From contig CM000155.2 of the NCBI GenBank assembly GCA_000004695.1, forward strand, positions 1,696,001 through 1,760,000: a stretch of DNA of 64,000 bases, read 5' to 3'. This stretch comes from Dictyostelium discoideum (taxonomy: Eukaryota). The translations under genes and the position numbers were made by a program. The notes beneath the pieces were generated by a model, which saw only the letters and a program-made list of their open reading frames with translations, had not been told where the DNA came from and did not search any database. The stretch's first letter is position 1; the number at the start of each line of letters is the position of its first letter. Shown here in pieces: positions 59,318 through 64,000 of this stretch.

Positions 59318-61363
59318 TTATTCATTTTTAATATTAATTTGATTATCATTAAAGATATAATTTTGATCATTATTATTATTGTTATTTAATGGGTAAATAG
59401 GAGCGCTGGTTCCTTTTGGAACTGGACAAGCATATTTGGTAGCAATAAAAATTGTAAAATGACAATTCATTTCGTAGACTGCATAAACAACGAATTCATA
59501 TCCACTATCACAATTTAATAAATATTCTGATGTGATTGGGTAATTTTCTGCACAAATTTGAGAAGTGTTATAGTAAAGAGCAATACCTTGGTTTTGTTGA
59601 CCATTAATATTTGTATAGAATTCATAGGAACTTTCATTTTTATAGCCAATTGCTGCAGATCTCTCTCCATTAATATAATTGGTTATACATGATTGAGTTT
59701 CATTAGATTCATTAAGATTATCAATACAATAACTATTAGAAGAACATAAATTGAAATAATACTATTTAATTTTTATTATTATTATTATTATTATTGATAT
59801 TAGTGAGACATTAGTATACTATTACATAATTATTAATTATTAAATATTATTTTTAACTACTTACCATGGTTAATGTATTATTATCCCAGTATTCAAAATT
59901 TGAAGAATCAAGTTGAGAAAGATCTACTACTAAGTGAGGTGTGTAATCGAAAATACATGTATCCATTGGATTTGGTGATGGGTTTGGTGTTGGAGTTGGT
60001 GATGGAGTTGGTGAAGGAGTACGGGTTGGTGAAGGAGTACGGGTTGGTGTTGGAGTACGGGTTGGTGAAGGAGTTGGTGATGGAGTTGGTGATGGAGTTG
60101 GAGTATAACCAACACAAGCACTTACAGTTTCAATGGTAAAGTAATAGGTACAATTTGAGAGATAAAAACTTGAAACTTCAAAACTAGTATTATAACTACA
60201 AACCATATCAAATACAATAGAATTACCTAAACCAGTTTCACAATCACCATTTCCAGAGTTGTATAATAACTCTAAACCTTGTTCTGATACTTGATATTGA
60301 CCAGTGTTTGAATATGAGATTAAATATTCATATGGTGCAATCTTTTGACAAGCTTGAACATCACTATTAAATAAATTGGAACAATACTCATTTGGTGCAC
60401 AGAAATTGAAATAATATTCAACACTTGTTTCGTTATCATAATAAACATAACCTGAATAATCGGAACTAAATAAAATTACAATTGTTAAAATAAATATTAA
60501 AAAAAAGAGAAATTTAAAAATAAAAAATTCATACATACGCAATTAATGGTGATAAATCAATTTCTTGTGATCCAAATTTAATTTGACATGATGATGGGAT
60601 TGGGTTATTTGGTGTTGGAGAAGGGGTTGGGAAAGGAGTTGGAGTTGGTGATGGAGTTGGTGAAGGAGTTGGTGATGGAGTTGGTGAAGGAGTTGGTGAT
60701 GGAGTTGGTGATGGAGTTGGGGTTTGAGTTGGTGATGGAGTTGGGGTTTGAGTTGGTGATGGAGTTGGTGAAGGAGTTGGTGATGGAGTTGGCGATAGAG
60801 TTGGGGTTTGAGTTGGTGAAGGGGTTGGTGAAGGAGTTGGTGATGGAGTTGGTGATGGAGTTGGTGATGGTGTTGGGGTTTGAGTTGGTGAAGGGGTTGG
60901 TAAATATGGACATGCTAAAGAAGAGTGAATAAGAAAATTATAAGTGCATGATGGATTTTCACTTAAACTTGTAACTAAAAACTCTTGTGATGGATCACAA
61001 ACAAATAAAAAGGTATCACTACGATAAGAAGTACCTTCACAAACTAAGTTAGTGGTTGAGTTATAGTATAATAGAATTCCAGTACCATCATCACTTATTT
61101 TATAATTGCCATTTACAAAAGCACCTAATTCATAAGTGTATATTGATTTATGGTTTTCTTGATAAACCTGACAACTTTGAGGTCCAGAATAACCAATGAT
61201 TTTCTCACAAATTAAAGAAACATTACAAAATGAAAAGTAATACTTTTAAAATAAAAAAAAATAATAATCATTAATACATTTACAACTTTTTAAAATTATT
61301 TTTTTAAAATATTGGTATTTACTTGATTACCATTATTATCATTGTATTGATAATCATTTTCGC

Positions 61364-61400
<37 letters not shown>

Positions 61401-61612
61401 AATTTATTATTTATTTTATTATATTATTTTATTTTATTTTATTTTAATTTTAATTTTTATATTTACATCATTAAAGGTGAAAGATTTATTAAAGAACCGC
61501 TACCAGTTGGGAAAATGCATGTTGTTAATGGGTCATTTTCCTTTAAACAAAAAGCATATTGAATTACTGATAATAATATAAAAACTAAAAATGATATTTG
61601 TTTTATATTCAT
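59318..61612 (-). CDS. Secreted protein with three MRH (mannose-6-phosphate receptor homology) domains separated by Pro-Thr/Ser linkers
   Basis: Minus-strand exons: 61612..about 61467 (signal peptide [22 protein letters not shown], donor GTAAAT), a 40-nt micro-exon near 61340, 61203..60539, 60465..59865 (donor GTAAGT) and 59761..59318. Each domain follows the MRH pattern (C.....iDLSPL...Y.......YYFN.C.....C....aC.....Y..G..C..G......f.C........E..C.Y.F...T..AC), for example [18 protein letters not shown].., [33 protein letters not shown] and [32 protein letters not shown]. The linkers are (PTPS)n tracts at 59960-60110 and 60600-60900. No C-terminal TM segment was seen. Confidence 0.5.
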
Positions 61613-61952
61613 TTTATTTTTTTTTTATAACTTAAAAATAATTAAAGGTAAATGAGAATATTTTAAAATATAACATTTTTGTTTTTTTAGTTATTCATAA
61701 AAAAAAAAAAAAAAAAAAAATTTTGACCAAAAGATAACCTGAATTTTTATTTTTCCGGGCCAGTATTTTTTTTTTTATTAAAACTCGCAACAAACACAAA
61801 AAAAAATCGCTAAACTTTTTTTTCTCAGCTTATTTTGATATGAAATCTTTGCCACCTCAGAGTTTTTAAAGCAACGGCCACGATATTTTAATTTTTTATT
61901 TTGTTTTTTACAAAAATGCTTATTTATTTATATTTTTTTTAAATAATAGTGT

Positions 61953-62587
61953 TTAAAAATTTCTTCTCATTGTTACTTTTTCTTTTGGTTCAATAATATT
62001 GTTAGTTGATTCCACAAAAATATCTTTAATTTTGTTTTTCATAATATTGATGTTTGGTTGATTACTATAATTGTTGGTTGTTGGTGTTTGTTGTGTTGTT
62101 GTTGTGCATAATTTATAGTCAGAGCAAAGTGTTTGTGGATTTTCACCATTAGAAATAGCACCAGCAATAATTGGAGCTGCTAATATCATAAAGAATTTAC
62201 ACTTTTTTTTTTTTTTTTTTTTTTTAAAAAAATAAAACAACAAAAGTTAAAATAAATAATAATAAAAAAAAAAAAAAATAATAATAATAATTAATTAATT
62301 ATTATTATTTTTTTTTTTATCAATAATAAAATAAATAAAAATAAACATACCTCCATTGTAATATTTGATGGTACTAAAGTGCAAATATTTTTTAAATCTG
62401 TTTCTAATTGAGCTTTTGTTAAATTATCATTTTTTACAAGGAATTCGCCAAATGAAACAGCAAATTCACATAAATCACAGCCAACTTTTGGTGATGGAGC
62501 TGGTGAGTTAGTTGGAGTAGTGGTTTGTGCAAATGAAATTGAAATGCTACAAATAATTAAAATTAAAGCAATGATTAATTTATTCAT
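61953..62587 (-). CDS. Saposin-like (SapB-domain, amoebapore/Apl-type) secreted protein
   Basis: Exon 1 is 62587..62351 (signal peptide MNKLIIALILIICSISISFA, a PT-rich stretch, then GCDLCEFAVSFGEFLVKNDNLTKAQLETDLKNICTLVPSNITME, donor GTATGT); exon 2 is 62201..61953 (CKFFMILAAPIIAGAISNGENPQTLCSDYKLC..). Together these give the six-cysteine saposin B spacing C-x2-C...C...C...C-x5-C. Confidence 0.6.
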
Positions 62588-62890
62588 TTTTGAAAAACGG
62601 TAAATAAAAAATAAAAAAAATAAAACAAAAAAGAAAAAATAGAAGCCAAAAAAAAAAAAAAAAAAAAAATAAATCAAAAAAAAAAAAAAAAAAAAAATCT
62701 AAAAAAAATATCTTTTAATCAATCTATTTAGAAAAAATAGGTTGGTAAAAATAAATTGGTCTTTAACTGGCTTTTTATTTTAGATTCGGTTATGTTTTAG
62801 GATATATAAGGGGATTATAGAAGTATTGTATATCATTAAAACTTTTAATGTTTTTTTAATTTTCGCTATATTTCTTAAGAAAACATCAAA

Positions 62891-62972
62891 GACATCGTAG
62901 CGAAGTGGTCTAACGCGTTTGACTTGAAATCAAATCTCCTAGGAGGCGCAGGTTCGAACCCTGCCGATGTCG
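62891..62972 (+). tRNA. tRNA-Ser (anticodon UGA)
   Basis: Acceptor GACATCG/CGATGTC with discriminator G; anticodon stem TTTGA/TCAAA with loop CTTGAAA; long variable arm TCTCCTAGGAGGCG; T-arm GCAGGTTCGAACCCTGC. Length is 82 nt. Confidence 0.9.
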
Positions 62973-63002
62973 ATAATTTTCATGGAATTAAAATAAGTCA
63001 AG

Positions 63003-63013
63003 GGTTCGAATCT
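63003..63013 (+). promoter_or_regulatory. External B box (exB) of the tRNA-Ser gene
   Basis: GGTTCGAATCT matches the pol III B-box consensus GGTTCGAANCC. It lies about 31 bp downstream of the tRNA 3' end, as is typical for Dictyostelium tRNA genes. Confidence 0.6.
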
Positions 63014-63247
63014 TGTTAAATTTCTTAGTTATGCAAAAATAAATTAAATACATGTTAAGAAATAAAGAGATATTTTTAACAAATAAAGAATTAATTATTG
63101 TTATGAAAATTGTAAAAATTAAAACTGATTTTTCCAAAAAACGAAAAATTGTTTTTTATATTTTAATACAATAATACTATATTTTAAAATAACAACTTTA
63201 CATTTAAAAATTAATAAATTAACAATTGGTTATTTCCTTTATAAATT

Positions 63248-64000
63248 TTTTTTTTTTTTTTTTTTTTTTTAATATTGGATTAACAAGATTGATATATGTC
63301 CATCTGTGTTAATACGAGTTTTTATTTAATATTTATTTATAGGCTTATCATTTAAGCTGAAGGGTTATTTTAATCATATGAATTGATCAAAAGATATAAT
63401 ATTTGGGAGAGATGATTCTGGAATACAATAGTAATTAGCTGTTGTTTTTCTTAGCTTGATCGTTGAGGTGAGAAGGATCTTAGGATCTTTGAAATTATTA
63501 TGGTCTTTTGCTGATAAGTTTTTCAGATCTTTTGCTTTTTTGATGTATTCTAGAGTGGCCAATTTGTGCCATTTCTTTAGAAGGGAGCTGTATGATAGTG
63601 ATTCATTTGTTAAAGGATCTTCACTGTATATTTGATTGCAAATCCAAATCCAAATGTTGTGGAGGATAAGGGCCATTAGGTTTCTATATGCGAATGATCT
63701 GGTTAGATCATAGTCTATTGCTTTATAGTTCCATTCAAAGTATTCTTTATGGAATCTGTGATTGGCGTAATCTGCATTCACTTCTTGATCTTTTTTGGCT
63801 GTTGGTGATAATTTTGGAGTTATTCTATTAATGAAATTGTTATTTTGCCTAATTCTTGTATGGTGCCAGTTTTTACCTTTGCCTGTGGTAATAAAGATGA
63901 AATTTTTGAGTTTATTTATTTTTATGAATTGTTTTGTTTTCTTGCATGAGAAGAACAGGTGACCGTATGGGTCTTTGCTCATATCTTCTTTGCAGAGTGG
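63248..64000 (-). mobile_element. 3' end of a second tRNA-targeted non-LTR retroelement (TRE3-like, distinct subfamily), extending beyond the window
   Basis: The minus-strand ORF 63374..63982 encodes the ORF2 C-terminus with the same Cys/His tail as element A (DPYGHLFFSCKK; ..HNIWIWICNQ compare ..HQIWIWLCKS). The 3' UTR ends in an oligo(A) tail (+ strand T27 at 63248-63274), about 275 bp downstream of tRNA-Ser. Confidence 0.65.

Noticed and set aside
60481-60542. N-terminus [25 protein letters not shown] of ORF 59853..60542, taken as a signal peptide
   Set aside because: It lies in an intron. The real exon starts at the AG acceptor at about 60465 (..DLSPLIA|SDYSGYVYY..), which puts this ORF in frame with the upstream MRH domain.
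60588-60932. Plus-strand ORFs [25 protein letters not shown]... and 59873..60139, 40097..40297
   Set aside because: They are the reverse-strand reading of the (PTPS)n linker repeats of the MRH gene and of the CARMIL Pro-rich tail.

Overview
The window is AT-rich (about 75-80% A+T) eukaryotic nuclear DNA with the hallmarks of Dictyostelium discoideum or a close dictyostelid. It has (CAA)n/(AAT)n coding repeats giving polyQ/polyN tracts, short AT-rich introns with GTAAGT/GTATGA donors and AG acceptors, and tRNA genes with an external B box and tRNA-targeted non-LTR retroelements (TRE) beside them. It is not prokaryotic, so the supplied ORFs starting at GTG/TTG are mostly exon fragments. I assembled about 25 gene models by eye. 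Left to right: the C-terminal end of an Atg1/ULK-like Q/N-rich protein; an S28 (PRCP-like) serine peptidase; a 5'-truncated TRE3-like retroelement plus a second fragment of it next to tRNA-Lys(UUU); an OSCA/TMEM63/CSC1-type channel with a signal peptide and extra ectodomain; a huge polyQ protein; an intronless bacterial-type DUF1697 gene; a TRAF-type RING/zf-TRAF/MATH gene; a 2-kb inverted-repeat element; two tandem copies (period 9054 bp) of a reducing type I polyketide synthase (KS-AT-DH-CMeT-ER-KR-ACP), the second decaying into a pseudogene; a CARMIL homologue (LRR, Pro-rich tail, CPI motif); a TTC39/Iml2-like TPR protein; a cytochrome P450; a Rad17/Rad24 checkpoint clamp-loader subunit with a long S/N-rich N-terminal extension; a small RelA/SpoT-like alarmone-synthetase-domain gene placed divergently from a bacterial-type LolD/MacB-like ABC ATPase (ABCH-type); a secreted protein with three MRH (mannose-6-phosphate receptor homology) domains joined by Pro-Thr linkers; a saposin-like gene; tRNA-Ser(UGA) with an exB box; and the 3' end of a second TRE3-like element. 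All coordinates were counted by hand and may be off by 1-2 nt. All function calls rest on motifs recognised by eye, not on database searches.
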